A DNA stretch of 64,000 nt from Candidatus Tepidifontimicrobium thermophilum (GCA_031459915.1 JAVKHO010000003.1:64001-128000); one strand, 5' to 3'. Counted from the first letter of the stretch, positions 1-10,497 are shown. Notes: generated by a model not told the origin, from the letters alone. Numbers and translations are program-made.

Positions 1-558
1 CACCTCCAGGAAAGCCCAGCCCCAGTCCGGACCGGTGCACGGGAAACGTGCCTCCGCCAGCAGCTCGTCGGGCCGGAGGGCGGTGGTGAGAGGGCCGGTG
101 AAGAACTCCTCGGCAGGGATCTCCCGGACCCCGGACCGGCTGCGGGCCACCAGCCGCGCGCCCACCGCCACCGCCACCGCCGGCAGCTCCGCCGCGGGGT
201 CCGCGTGGGCCAGGCTTCCGCACACGGTCCCCCGGTTCCGGATCTGTGGGTGGCCCACGAACCGCACAGCCTCCGTCAGAAGGGGGACCATGCGCCTCAC
301 TTCCGCTTCCCGCTCCAGCCGACGCTGGCGGACCCGGGCGCCGACCCGCAACCAGCCGGACTCCTCCGTCAGGTAGTCCAGGGCGTCGATACGGTTGATG
401 TCCACCACCACTTCCGGACGGGCCAGCCGCAGGTTGAGCAGGGGCATGAGGCTCTGGCCGCCTGCCAGCACCTTCGCGGCCGCCCCGTGGCGTGCCAGCA
501 GCTCCAGTGCTTCCTCTACGGAAGCAGGGTCCTGGTAGTCAAAGACCGGCGGCTTCAC
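1..558 (-). CDS. Xanthine dehydrogenase/CoxM-like FAD-binding subunit (partial, runs off the left edge)
   Basis: Translated by hand from GTG at 558: MKPPVFDYQDPASVEEALELL..KVLAGGQSL..QIRNRGTVCGS..DWGWAFLEV; FAD-binding motifs; GTGA overlap with the coxG-like stop. Confidence 0.9.
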   Translation of the reverse strand, partial: MKPPVFDYQDPASVEEALELLARHGAAAKVLAGGQSLMPLLNLRLARPEVVVDINRIDALDYLTEESGWLRVGARVRQRRLEREAEVRRMVPLLTEAVRFVGHPQIRNRGTVCGSLAHADPAAELPAVAVAVGARLVARSRSGVREIPAEEFFTGPLTTALRPDELLAEARFPCTGPDWGWAFLEV

Positions 559-998
559 GCGGAGCCCTCCTGCAGCTTCCGGTCCAAACACTGGAAGAAC
601 TGGCCGGCCAGCATGCGGGCGATGCCCGGGATCATGCGGCTGCCGAGGGTCAAAGCACCCCCCACCTGAACCTCTCCGGACCAGCGCACGCCAGTCTGTG
701 CGCCCTGGTCTTCCAGCTCCAGGACCCCCACCGCCCGCACGAAGCCCGCGCCGCTGCTGCCCTCCACCTGCACCGCGTAGCGCTCGGGCGGGGTGCGCTC
801 GGTGATCCGGAGCTTGCCCTTGTACGTACCCCGGACTGCGGCGATCCCGATGGACAGGACCGCCTCGAACTCGTCGGGGCCCGTGGGCCGGAGCTCCTGC
901 ATGCCGGGCGTGCAGCTGGCCAGGGCCTGCGGGTCGTCCAGCAACGCCCACACGCGGTCGCGGGGTGCGTGCAGGGTCTCGGTTCCCTCGATCTTCAT
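555..998 (-). CDS. coxG: CoxG/SRPBCC-family protein
   Basis: C-terminal 147 aa of ORF 555..2762 from ATG 998 (MKIEGTETLHAPRDRVWALLDDP...); ATGA overlap with the upstream stop. Confidence 0.85.
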   Translation of the reverse strand: MKIEGTETLHAPRDRVWALLDDPQALASCTPGMQELRPTGPDEFEAVLSIGIAAVRGTYKGKLRITERTPPERYAVQVEGSSGAGFVRAVGVLELEDQGAQTGVRWSGEVQVGGALTLGSRMIPGIARMLAGQFFQCLDRKLQEGSA

Positions 999-3334
999 GG
1001 CGTCCTCCGGGAAGCTTTCTGGATCAGTTCGAACAGCGCGTCCGGGTGCAGCGGCATGCGCAGGATCTCCAGCTCCAGGTCGTCCAGGGCATCCTCGATC
1101 GCCTGCGCCAGGAGCGCGGGAACCGGGATCACACCTCCTTCCCCCGCCCCCTTGGCACCGATGGGGTTCAGGGGCGATGGGGTCTCCTGGTGGATCACCT
1201 CGACCTCCGGGATCTCCACCGCGGTGGGGATGTGGAAGTCCATGAAGGAGCCCGACAGCAGCTGTCCCGAGTCGTCGTACACCAGGCGCTCGAAGAAGGA
1301 TCCCCCGATCCCCTGGGCCACCCCACCGTGGATCTGGCCGTCCAGGATGAGGGGGTTGAGGACGGTCCCGCAGTCGTGCACCACCACGTACCGCAGGAAA
1401 CGCAGGGTGGCCGTCTCCGGATCCACCTCCACCAGCGCCGCGTGCACCCCGTGGGAGAAGGTCCCCCGGGGCGGCGCGAAGTAGCGGGTGGCCTCCAGGC
1501 CCGGTCCCTCCCACTCCGCGGGGATCACGCCCCGCAAAGGGTTCGCCGCGCGGGCGACCTCGCCTAGGCTCACGGAGCGCGACGGCGCGCCGCGCACCCG
1601 GACCCGTCCATCCGCCAGCTCCAAGTCCTCCGGACTGGCTTCCAGGAGGGAGGCGGCCACCTGCAGGGCCTTCTGCCGGACCGCCTGAGCCGCCAGGTGC
1701 ACCGCGCTGCCGGCCACCACCGCGGCTCGGCTGGCAAACGTCCCAGTTCCCCACCCGAAGGCGCCGGTGTCCCCCGTGACCACGTGGACGTCCCCTACGT
1801 CCACGCCCAACGCTTCTGCCACCACCTGGGCCAGCGAGGTAGCGTGGCCCTGTCCCTGGGTCCCCACGCCGGTGGCCACGTACACCTTCCCTGAAGGTTC
1901 CACGGTGACACGGCAGCCCTCGTACGGGCCGATGCCGGAGCCCTCCACGTAACACGCGAACCCGAGCCCCACCCGACGGCCCTGGGCCCGGTAGCGGGCC
2001 TTCTCCTCCGGCCACCGGCAATACCCTACCTCCTCCAGGGCGCGTTCCAGGGCCGCGGGGTAGTTCCCGCTGTCGTACACCAGGGGCGCGTTGTCCTGGT
2101 AGATCAGGCCCACGTCGTAGGGGAACTCGTGGGGCTGGATGAAGTTCCGGCGGCGGATCTCTGCGCGGTCCATGCCGAGCTCGCGGGCGGCGAGGTCCAG
2201 CAGCCGCTCCATGACGAAGACCCCGTGGGGCCGGCCCGCGCCCCGGTACGGGCTCACGATGGTCTTGTTGGTGAACACCGCGCGGAACTCCGCGTGGTAG
2301 TTGGGGATTCGGTACGGCCCCGGGAGCGTGCACTCTGCCACGATGGGAACGATGAGGCCGTAGGGGATGTACGCACCGGCGTCGTGGAGGAACACCGTGC
2401 GGACCCCGAGGATGCGGCCCTCGCGGTCGAGGGCGATCTCCGCGTCGTGGATCTGAGTGCGCTCGTGGTTGGTGGCCACGAAGTGCTCCCGCCGATCCTC
2501 GATCCACTTCACGGGCCGGCCCAGCCGCATGGCCGCCAGGGGCACCAGCACCTCCTCCGGGTAGAACATCATGATCTTCGGCCCGAACCCGCCGCCCACG
2601 TCCGGCGCGATCACCCGCACGTCCTTCTGCGCCAGCCCGAACAGCGCCGCTAGGCCGTTGCGGATCGGGATGGGGGCCTGGGTACTGTCCCACACCGTCA
2701 GCTGGCGTGCCCTGGGGTCCCACTGCGCCACGACCCCGCGGGTTTCGATGGGCGAGGCGCACCCCCGGTCCACCACGAACCGCCGCGCCACCACGAGATC
2801 CGCGCGGGCGCGGGCGGCCTCGTAGTCGCCCACGCGCTGGACCGAGTGGGCGGCCACGTTGGTGCCGATGTCCTCGTGCACCAGCGCAGGCCGGCCGGCG
2901 GCGGCCTCCTCCAGATCCACCACCGCCGGCAGGGGCTCGTAGTCCACCTCGACGAGCTCTAGGGCGTCTTCCGCCGCATACCGGCTGGTGGCCACCACGA
3001 ACGCCACGGGTTCGCCCACGTGTCGGACCTTGTCGGGGGCCAAGGCGTACTGGGTCTTGTGGTGCTTGAGGTCCGGGTGGGGGATGAGCTTCGGAAGCGG
3101 CTCCCGGAGGCTGGGGGGCAGGTCCCCGTGGGTCAGCACCAGGAGCACGTCCGGGTGCTCGAGGGCCCGGCGGACGTCGATCCGCCGGATTCGGGCGTGC
3201 GCGTGGGGGCTACGGAGTACCGCGGCGTGCAGCATCCCCGGCAGCTGGACGTCATCTACGAACAGGCCCTGGCCCACGAGGAGGCGAGGGTCCTCGTTGC
3301 GCTTGATGGGCGCGCCGAGCCAGCGGGTCGCCAT
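995..3334 (-). CDS. Molybdopterin-binding large subunit, xanthine dehydrogenase/CoxL-like (form II-like)
   Basis: 779 aa; GGGFGPK, PYRGAGR, TQGQGH, QIHGG, GAKGAGE motifs. Confidence 0.9.
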   Translation of the reverse strand: MATRWLGAPIKRNEDPRLLVGQGLFVDDVQLPGMLHAAVLRSPHAHARIRRIDVRRALEHPDVLLVLTHGDLPPSLREPLPKLIPHPDLKHHKTQYALAPDKVRHVGEPVAFVVATSRYAAEDALELVEVDYEPLPAVVDLEEAAAGRPALVHEDIGTNVAAHSVQRVGDYEAARARADLVVARRFVVDRGCASPIETRGVVAQWDPRARQLTVWDSTQAPIPIRNGLAALFGLAQKDVRVIAPDVGGGFGPKIMMFYPEEVLVPLAAMRLGRPVKWIEDRREHFVATNHERTQIHDAEIALDREGRILGVRTVFLHDAGAYIPYGLIVPIVAECTLPGPYRIPNYHAEFRAVFTNKTIVSPYRGAGRPHGVFVMERLLDLAARELGMDRAEIRRRNFIQPHEFPYDVGLIYQDNAPLVYDSGNYPAALERALEEVGYCRWPEEKARYRAQGRRVGLGFACYVEGSGIGPYEGCRVTVEPSGKVYVATGVGTQGQGHATSLAQVVAEALGVDVGDVHVVTGDTGAFGWGTGTFASRAAVVAGSAVHLAAQAVRQKALQVAASLLEASPEDLELADGRVRVRGAPSRSVSLGEVARAANPLRGVIPAEWEGPGLEATRYFAPPRGTFSHGVHAALVEVDPETATLRFLRYVVVHDCGTVLNPLILDGQIHGGVAQGIGGSFFERLVYDDSGQLLSGSFMDFHIPTAVEIPEVEVIHQETPSPLNPIGAKGAGEGGVIPVPALLAQAIEDALDDLELEILRMPLHPDALFELIQKASRRTP

Positions 3335-3484
3335 GGCTGTCCCTCTTCCGAACGTCCGGAACGGAACGTTTGTATTCGCCGCCGGCCCAGGAAGACCCTA
3401 CCGGGCGGCAGGAGATCTGCCGCCGGCTGCGGAATCCACGGCCAAAAGGGCCTGTTGCGCCCCCGGGACGGTGGGTGGTCGAAG

Positions 3485-4561
3485 ATGCAGGGGGTTTCAC
3501 TGGCGCACGAGCCGCTCGCGCAGCTCCAGAGGGAGCCGTGGATTTCGGGGCTCAGCCTGCGGCACGAGGCCGCGTGGCGGGGATCCCGGGTCTCCCAGCA
3601 GAGCCTCCTGGAGGCCGCGCGGCGCATCCTGCGGCCTATGGACCTGCAGGGGGTCCTGGAGGAGGCCCTGACGGTGATCCACACGGTGTTCGGGTACCGG
3701 ATCTCCGCGGTCCTGCTCCTGGACCGGGAGGCGCGGGAGCTGTGGTGCGCGGCGCACCGGGGATGGGCGCCGGAGGCCGTGCGGCGGCGGTACCGGGTGG
3801 GCCGGGAGGGCGTGGCCGCGTGGGTGGCGTATACCGGCTGGCCCTACTACGCGCCCGACGTGCAGCGGGACCCCAGGTACGTGGAGATCGCGGCGGGGGT
3901 CCGCAGCGAGCTGGCACTGCCCCTGCGGCCGGAGGTGAGCGAGACCGTTGGCGTGCTCAGTGTGGCCAGCACCGAGCCCGAGGCCTTCTCCGAGGACTCC
4001 CGGAGCCTCCTGGAGGCGTACGCCCTGCTGCTGGCTGCGGCGGTCCAGAGGGCGGAGCGGGACGCGGAGCTGAGCCGGCTCGCCCTGACGGACCCGCTTA
4101 CGGGGCTGGCCAACCACAGGGCGCTGTACCAGACCCTGCGGCGGGAGCTGGCGCAGGCTTCCCGGTATTCGTTCCCGCTGTCCGTGGTGCTGCTGGACCT
4201 GGACGGCTTCAAGCAGGTGAACGACCTGTTCGGCCACCCCTACGGGGACGAAGTCCTCCGGCAGGTGGCACGCATGGCCACGGAGGCCTGCCGGGGCATG
4301 GACCTCCCCGCGCGGCTCGGGGGAGAGGAGTTCGTACTGGTCCTGCCTCACGCGCCCAAACTGGCGGCCCTGCAGGTAGCGGAGCGGCTCCGCAGACGGA
4401 TCGAAGAGACGTCTCTGGAGGAGGGGCTCCGGCTGAGCGCTAGCTTCGGCGTCGCCGTCTTCCCCGACGACGGCAACACCCCCGACGCTTTGGTGCGCGC
4501 CGCCGACGAGGCCATGTACCGGGCCAAGCGGGCGGGCGGCAACCGCGTGGAGGCGTCCTGA
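3485..4561 (+). CDS. GAF + GGDEF diguanylate cyclase
   Basis: GAF domain followed by DPLTGLAN, DLDGFKQVND, RxxD I-site (RGMD) and GGEEF; start uncertain. Confidence 0.88.
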   Translation: MQGVSLAHEPLAQLQREPWISGLSLRHEAAWRGSRVSQQSLLEAARRILRPMDLQGVLEEALTVIHTVFGYRISAVLLLDREARELWCAAHRGWAPEAVRRRYRVGREGVAAWVAYTGWPYYAPDVQRDPRYVEIAAGVRSELALPLRPEVSETVGVLSVASTEPEAFSEDSRSLLEAYALLLAAAVQRAERDAELSRLALTDPLTGLANHRALYQTLRRELAQASRYSFPLSVVLLDLDGFKQVNDLFGHPYGDEVLRQVARMATEACRGMDLPARLGGEEFVLVLPHAPKLAALQVAERLRRRIEETSLEEGLRLSASFGVAVFPDDGNTPDALVRAADEAMYRAKRAGGNRVEAS

Positions 4562-4565
4562 CGGG

Positions 4566-6317
4566 GTGGCCGCCCCCAGACCTGGCGTCACCTTGACCGA
4601 GACCGTGCTCGCAGACCTCCTGCGCACGCCCAGCCGCCGCTTCGTACCGACGGACGTAGACCTGGGAGACTGGTCGCAGGTCGAACCCCTGTTCCGAGGC
4701 CTCCTGCGCCGACCCGTGGACTCCGCGGCCAGCCTGGAGGAGTGGCTTTTGGACTGCAGCGAGCTCGCCTCCGCGCTTTCGGAGGAGCGGAGCCGCCGCT
4801 ACGTGGCGATGACCCAGCAGACGGACGACCCTGCTCGGGAGGCCGCCTACCTGCGCTTCGTGAGGGAGATCCAGCCACGGGCCGAGCCCCTGTGGTTTGA
4901 CCTCCGCCGACGGTACTTGGAGCTGCGGACGCGGTATCCGCTTCCGGAGGACCGGTATTTCGTCCTGGACCGGGAGGTGCGCAACACGGCGGAGCTGTTC
5001 CGGGAGGAGAACGTGCCCCTGCGGGTGCAGGAGGCGGAACTGGAGCAGCGCTACCAGAAGGTCGCGGGCGCGTGGACGGTCCACTTCCGCGGGCGGGAGT
5101 ATACGGTCCAGCAGATGGGCCGCTTCCTGGAAGAGCCGGACCGCGCCCTCCGGCAGGAGGCGTGGGAGGCGGTGGTGCGGCGTCGGCTGAACGATCGCGA
5201 GGTCCTGGACGGCCTGTTCGACCAGCTGGTCCGGCTGCGCGACCGCATCGCCCGTAACGCGGACTTCCCCGACTACCGGGCCTACGCCTTCCGGGCCCTG
5301 GGGCGGTGGGACTACACCCCGGAGGACTGCCTGGCCTTCCACGCGGCGGTGGAGCGGCACGTGGTGCCCTTGTTGGAGGCCGTGTACGAGCGACGGCGGC
5401 GGGAGTTGGGCGTGGATCGATTGCGGCCCTGGGACGTGGAGGTGGACCCCCAGGGCCGCCCTCCGATGCGGCCCTTCGCAGACGGGAAGGAGCTCGCCCG
5501 GAAGGGGGTCCAGCTGTTCGAGCGGATCCACCCGGAGCTGGGAGCACGGTTCCGCTTCCTCGTCGAGCAGGGCCTGCTGGACCTGGACAGCCGCAAGGGC
5601 AAAGCCCCGGGAGGCTACCAGGCCACCTTCGACGAACGGCGCTGGCCGTTCATCTTCATGAACGCCGCGGGGCTGGCCTCGGACGTGCGGACCCTGGTGC
5701 ACGAAGCGGGCCACGCCTTCCACGCCCTCGCGGTGCGGGACGAGCCGCTCCTCAGCTACCGCCACGCGCCCACGGAGTTCTCCGAGGTGGCCTCCATGGG
5801 CATGGAGGTGTTGAGCGTTCCCCACCTGGACGTGTTCTACGCGGATCCTGCAGACCTCCGGCGGGCCCGCCGGGAGTTCTTCGAGGGCGTCCTCCGCCTG
5901 TTGCCGTGGGTCGCCACCGTGGACGCCTTCCAGCACCAGCTGTACACCAAGCCCGAGCACAGCCGGGAGGAACGGGCCCGGTGGTGGGTCACGGTGTTCC
6001 GCCGTTTCCAGCGGGGAGTGGACTGGTCAGGGTACGAGGAAGCGGAGGCGTACCTTTGGCACCGGCAGGTGCACCTGTTCGTGCACCCCTTCTACTACAT
6101 CGAGTACGGGGTCGCGCAGCTGGGCGCGCTGCAGCTGTGGCTGCGCTCTCGGGAGGACTTCGCGGAAGCGGTGGGGCGCTACCAGTCCGCCCTGAGGCTG
6201 GGCGGATCCCGGCCGCTGCGGGAGCTGTTCGAGGCCGCGGGCCTCCGCTTCAGCCTGGGCGAAGACGTCCTAGCCCCCCTGGCTCGTGCTCTGGCGGAGG
6301 AGCTGGAGCTCGGCTAG
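4566..6317 (+). CDS. M3-family oligoendopeptidase
   Basis: HEAGH zinc motif, EVASM, PFYYIEYG; 583 aa. Confidence 0.9.
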   Translation: MAAPRPGVTLTETVLADLLRTPSRRFVPTDVDLGDWSQVEPLFRGLLRRPVDSAASLEEWLLDCSELASALSEERSRRYVAMTQQTDDPAREAAYLRFVREIQPRAEPLWFDLRRRYLELRTRYPLPEDRYFVLDREVRNTAELFREENVPLRVQEAELEQRYQKVAGAWTVHFRGREYTVQQMGRFLEEPDRALRQEAWEAVVRRRLNDREVLDGLFDQLVRLRDRIARNADFPDYRAYAFRALGRWDYTPEDCLAFHAAVERHVVPLLEAVYERRRRELGVDRLRPWDVEVDPQGRPPMRPFADGKELARKGVQLFERIHPELGARFRFLVEQGLLDLDSRKGKAPGGYQATFDERRWPFIFMNAAGLASDVRTLVHEAGHAFHALAVRDEPLLSYRHAPTEFSEVASMGMEVLSVPHLDVFYADPADLRRARREFFEGVLRLLPWVATVDAFQHQLYTKPEHSREERARWWVTVFRRFQRGVDWSGYEEAEAYLWHRQVHLFVHPFYYIEYGVAQLGALQLWLRSREDFAEAVGRYQSALRLGGSRPLRELFEAAGLRFSLGEDVLAPLARALAEELELG

Positions 6318-6814
6318 CTCCCTGACGCCGGCCCCCGAGCTGCCGGCACGGTGCGGGGCGAGGCCTCCCGTTTGTAGACCAGGATCGTCCGGAAGAACTC
6401 GATCACCACCAGGCCGTCCTGGTTGTAGCCCGTGGTCTTCACCCGGACGATCCCCATGCCGGGACGCGAGCGGGACTCCCGCTTGTCCACCACCTCGCTA
6501 CGGGCGTACAGGGTGTCGCCCTCGAACACTGGGTGGGGCAGGCGCACCTGGTCCCATCCCAGGTTCACCGCGTTCTGCGAAAGATCCGCCACCGACAGCC
6601 CGGTGACCAGGCTCAGGGTAAAGCAAGAATTCACCAGGGGCCGGCCGAACTCCGTGCGGGCTGCATAGCCGGCGTCGAAGTGGATGGGGTTGGTGGCCAG
6701 GGTGAGGAGGCTGAACCACACATTGTCCGCCTGGGTGACCGTGCGTCCCCAGGGGTGGTGGTACACGTCCCCCACCTGGAAGTCCTCGTAGAAGCGGCCC
6801 AGCGCGTGCGTCAC
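6314..6814 (-). CDS. MaoC-family (hotdog) acyl-CoA hydratase/dehydratase
   Basis: GTG 6814 overlapping the upstream TGA; GRFYEDFQVG..RTVTQADNVWF..TNPIHFD..PVFEGDTL. Confidence 0.88.
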   Translation of the reverse strand: MTHALGRFYEDFQVGDVYHHPWGRTVTQADNVWFSLLTLATNPIHFDAGYAARTEFGRPLVNSCFTLSLVTGLSVADLSQNAVNLGWDQVRLPHPVFEGDTLYARSEVVDKRESRSRPGMGIVRVKTTGYNQDGLVVIEFFRTILVYKREASPRTVPAARGPASGS

Positions 6815-7959
6815 GATTCCACCTCCTCTTCCAGGCCCAGCTCCCGGAGCACCGCACGGGTATGTTGGCCCAGCTCCGGCACCGGGCCCAGCGTCGGCTC
6901 CTCGTCCGGCAGCGCGAACGGTGGCAGCAGGGCCAGCAGGGGACCCACGGGCGAGGAGACCTGCCGCCAGCGGCTTCGCGCCCGCAGCTGCGGGTGGTCC
7001 AGCAGCCCCTGCACCGTCCGCATCTCCGCGTACGCCACATCCGCGGCCTCTAGCCGCCCCGCCACCTCCTCCGTGGTGTGCTGCTTGAAGACGGCGAGGA
7101 TCGCCTCCTCCAGCTCGGCGCGGTGCGCCAGGCGGTCGGGGTTGGTGGCAAAACGGGGATCCTCGGCGAGCTGGGGCTCCTCCAGCACCTGATGGCAGAA
7201 CCGGGCCCACTCGCGTTCGTTCTGGATGGCCAGGAAGATCACGCCGTCCCGGGTGGGGAACGGCCCGTAGGGCGCGATGGTGGCGTGGTGGGCGCCCGTT
7301 CGGGCTGGGGCCTGCCCGCCGTACGCCGTGTAGTACATGGGGTATCCCATCCACTCCGCAAGGGCTTCCAGCAGGGAGACCTCCAGCAGGGCGCCCAGTC
7401 CCGTGCGCTCCCGGCGGTACAGGGCCGCGAGGATCCCGCTGAACGCGTACATGCCGGCGGCAATGTCCGCCACGGAGATCCCGACCTTCACCGGCTCCTG
7501 CGGCGTACCCGTGATGGACATCAGGCCCGACTCCGCCTGCACCAGCAGGTCGTACGCCCTGCGGTCCCGGTACGGCCCGGTACGGCCGTAGCCGGAGATG
7601 CTGCACACCACCAGGTGCGGGTAGCGGCGGTGTACCGCCTCGGGCGCGAAGCCCAGCCGGTCCAGGGCGCCGGGGCTCAGGTTCTGCACGAAGACGTCCG
7701 CCCGCGCCAGCAGGCGTTCCAGCACCCCCCGGCCCCGTTCCGTCTTGAGGTCCAACACCACGGACTCTTTCGAGCGGTTCAGCCAGACGAAGTGGCTGGA
7801 CCAGCCGCGCACCGAGCGATCGTAGCGGCGCGCGAAGTCGCCCTCCGGCCGCTCCACCTTGATAACCCGGGCCCCCAGGTCCGCCAGCTGTCGGGTGGCG
7901 AAGGGGGCGGCCACCGCCTGCTCCAGGCTGACCACGGTGATCCCGACAAGCGCGCGCAT
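6811..7959 (-). CDS. Family III CoA-transferase (CaiB/BaiF)
   Basis: LEQAVAAPFATRQLADLGARVIKVE, WLNRSKES, AYDLLVQAESG, ADIAAG. Confidence 0.93.
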   Translation of the reverse strand: MRALVGITVVSLEQAVAAPFATRQLADLGARVIKVERPEGDFARRYDRSVRGWSSHFVWLNRSKESVVLDLKTERGRGVLERLLARADVFVQNLSPGALDRLGFAPEAVHRRYPHLVVCSISGYGRTGPYRDRRAYDLLVQAESGLMSITGTPQEPVKVGISVADIAAGMYAFSGILAALYRRERTGLGALLEVSLLEALAEWMGYPMYYTAYGGQAPARTGAHHATIAPYGPFPTRDGVIFLAIQNEREWARFCHQVLEEPQLAEDPRFATNPDRLAHRAELEEAILAVFKQHTTEEVAGRLEAADVAYAEMRTVQGLLDHPQLRARSRWRQVSSPVGPLLALLPPFALPDEEPTLGPVPELGQHTRAVLRELGLEEEVES

Positions 7960-9116
7960 CAGTAGGACCGGGGCAGGCCCAGCACCTGGTGGGCCAGGTA
8001 CGCGAGGACCAGGTTGGTGGACACCGGAGCGACCTGGTACAGACGGGTTTCCCGGAACTTCCGCTCGATGGGGTACTCCCGGGCGAAGCCGTAGCCGCCG
8101 AACGTCTGGAGGGCCGCGTTGGCGGCCTCCCAGGAGGCTTCCGCGGCCAGCAGCTTGGCCATGTTGGCTTCAGGGCCACAGGGCAGGCCCGCGTCGTACA
8201 GCTCCGCGGCGCGGAACCGCATCAGGTCCGCGGCCCGCACCCGCGCGTACGCCTGCGCCAAGGGGAACTGGATGCCCTGGTTCTGCCCGATGGGTCGGCC
8301 AAACACCCGGCGCTCTCTCGCGTACGCGGTCGCGCGGTCCAGAAAGTAGTCCCCGTCACCGATGCACTCCGCCGCGATGAGGATGCGCTCCACGTTCATG
8401 CCGTCGAGGATGCACCGGAACCCCTGGCCCTCCTCCCCGATCCGGTCCTCCAGGGGTACCTCCAGGTCCTCCAGGAACACCTCCGCGGTGGGGTGGTTGA
8501 TCATGGTGCGGATGGGCCGCACGTGGAGGGTCTTCCCCAGGTTAGCCCGCAGGTCCACCAGGAACAGGGATAGACCCTCCCCGCGGCGCCGCACTTGCTC
8601 GGGAGGGGTCGTGCGGGCCAGCAGCAGCATCAGGTCGGACTGCTCCACCCGGCTGGTCCACACCTTCTGTCCGGAGATCACGTAGCGGTCTCCGCGTCGG
8701 ACCGCCGTGGTGCGGATGCTGGGGGTGTCGGAGCCTGCCTCCGGCTCGGTGACCGCGAAAGCCTGCAGCCGCAGTTCCCCGCGGGCGATGCGGGGTAGGT
8801 AACGCTGCTTCTGTTCCGGAGTCCCGTGGCGCAGGAGGGCTCCCATGACGTACATCTGCGCGTGGCAGGCCGCGGCGTTGCCGCCGGAGCGGTGGACTTC
8901 TTCCAGGATCACGGAGGCCTCCGCCACCCCCAACCCCGCACCCCCGTACTCGGGTGGGATTAAGGCGGCCAGGTACCCCGCGTCGGTCATGGCCCGGACG
9001 AACGCTTCCGGGTACGCACCCTGTTCGTCCAGCTCCCGCCAGTAGCTGTCGGGGAAGCGGGCGCACAGCTTGCGCACCCCGTCGCGGAGGTCGCGGTACG
9101 GGTCAAGACCGGGCAT
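7959..9116 (-). CDS. Acyl-CoA dehydrogenase
   Basis: AFAVTEPEAGSD, GQKVWTS, RVFGRPIGQNQGIQF, TFGGYGF. Confidence 0.93.
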   Translation of the reverse strand: MPGLDPYRDLRDGVRKLCARFPDSYWRELDEQGAYPEAFVRAMTDAGYLAALIPPEYGGAGLGVAEASVILEEVHRSGGNAAACHAQMYVMGALLRHGTPEQKQRYLPRIARGELRLQAFAVTEPEAGSDTPSIRTTAVRRGDRYVISGQKVWTSRVEQSDLMLLLARTTPPEQVRRRGEGLSLFLVDLRANLGKTLHVRPIRTMINHPTAEVFLEDLEVPLEDRIGEEGQGFRCILDGMNVERILIAAECIGDGDYFLDRATAYARERRVFGRPIGQNQGIQFPLAQAYARVRAADLMRFRAAELYDAGLPCGPEANMAKLLAAEASWEAANAALQTFGGYGFAREYPIERKFRETRLYQVAPVSTNLVLAYLAHQVLGLPRSY

Positions 9117-9657
9117 ACGACTGCGAGGCGACCGCGTACAGGTCCCCGCCGTGGGCGTCGTTGACCACCACGGCGGGGAACTCCCGGAACTCCAGCTCCC
9201 AGACGGCCTCCGTCCCCAGCTCCTGGTAGGCCGCGGGATGGGCCCGGACGATGTGCCGGGCCAGCAGCGCCGCCGCTCCGCCCACCGTGGCGAGGTAGAC
9301 GGCCCGGCAGCGCACGAGCGCCTCCTTCACCTCTTGGGATCGCGTGCCTTTCCCCACCGTCGCTTTGAGGCCCCGCTCGAGGAGCGGAACTGTGAACGGG
9401 TCCATGCGGCCGCTGGTGGTCGGCCCGGCAGGCCCCACGGCCCACCCTGCCTTTGCGGGAGCCGGGCCCACGTAGTACAGGACCTGGCCCTCTACGGGAA
9501 TCGGGAGCGCTTCGCCTCTGAGCAGAGCCTCTGCCATGCGCTGGTGGGCCGCGTCCCGGGCTCCGTACACGACACCGGACAGGTACACCCAATCACCGGC
9601 GCGCAGGCGGACTACGTCCTCCTCTCGCAGCGGCGTGCGGAGGTGCCACTCCCTCAC
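9103..9657 (-). CDS. Fe-S hydro-lyase (fumarate hydratase/L-tartrate dehydratase type), beta subunit
   Basis: GTG 9657; ARDAAH, YYVGP, GPTTSGRMD, VGKG, ELGTEA. Confidence 0.9.
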   Translation of the reverse strand: MREWHLRTPLREEDVVRLRAGDWVYLSGVVYGARDAAHQRMAEALLRGEALPIPVEGQVLYYVGPAPAKAGWAVGPAGPTTSGRMDPFTVPLLERGLKATVGKGTRSQEVKEALVRCRAVYLATVGGAAALLARHIVRAHPAAYQELGTEAVWELEFREFPAVVVNDAHGGDLYAVASQSYARS

Positions 9658-10496
9658 AGTACCACCTCCGCCCGGCGGGGCGCGGAGCAGTTCAGGTTCA
9701 CAGCCACAGGCAGGGCCGCGATGTGGGTCGGGGAGCTCTCCACGTGGACCGCGAGCGCGGTAAAGCGACCTCCCAGGCCCTGGGGCCCCAAGCCGGTAGC
9801 GTTGATGGCCTCCAGGAGTTCCCGCTCCAACCGCGCTAGGTGCGGCTTGGGGTTCGGGACCCCAAGGGGCCGCAGCAGGGCCTTCTTGGCCAGCAGGGCG
9901 ACCCCGTCGAAGGAGCTGCCGAGCCCCACCCCCACGATCACGGGAGGGCACGCGTTGGGGCCCGCCCGCCGCACCACCTCCACCACGAAGCGCTTCACTT
10001 CTGTCTCGCCCGCGGTGGCTGGGAGCATGCGCAGGGCACTGGTCATCTCCGCGCCGAACCCCTTCACCAGCGCGGCGATGCGCACCCGGTCTCCGGGCAC
10101 GATCTCGTAGTGCACCACCGGAGGGGTGTTGTCTCCGGTGTTCTCCCGGAGCAGGGGGTCCCGGACCACGGACTTGCGAAAGCCGCGGTACGCCTCCCGG
10201 ACCGCTTCTTCCAGGGCCTCCGCCAGCGACCCGTCGGTGAGGTGGACGTCCTGGCCGACCTGCACGAAGAAGACGGGGATGCCCGTGTCCTGACAGGTGG
10301 CGACTCCTTCCCGCTCCGCCAGCTCCGCGTTTTCCAGCAGCATGCGCAGCATCCGCCGTCCGAGGGGCGATTCTTCGCGGGCCTCGGCTTCCCGCAGCGC
10401 CTCCAGATAGTCCGGGGGCAGTCGGGTGACCGAGTCCCGCAGGAGGGCCGCCACCGCCTCCCGCACCTCACCCACGGGCAGCCGTCGGGGCGCCAC
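9654..10496 (-). CDS. Fe-S hydro-lyase (fumarate hydratase/L-tartrate dehydratase type), alpha subunit
   Basis: CQDTG, KGFGAE, NACPP, GPQGLGG, THIA, NLNC; GTG 10496 lies 6 nt after a -10 box (probably leaderless). Confidence 0.9.
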   Translation of the reverse strand: MAPRRLPVGEVREAVAALLRDSVTRLPPDYLEALREAEAREESPLGRRMLRMLLENAELAEREGVATCQDTGIPVFFVQVGQDVHLTDGSLAEALEEAVREAYRGFRKSVVRDPLLRENTGDNTPPVVHYEIVPGDRVRIAALVKGFGAEMTSALRMLPATAGETEVKRFVVEVVRRAGPNACPPVIVGVGLGSSFDGVALLAKKALLRPLGVPNPKPHLARLERELLEAINATGLGPQGLGGRFTALAVHVESSPTHIAALPVAVNLNCSAPRRAEVVL

Positions 10497-10497
10497 G

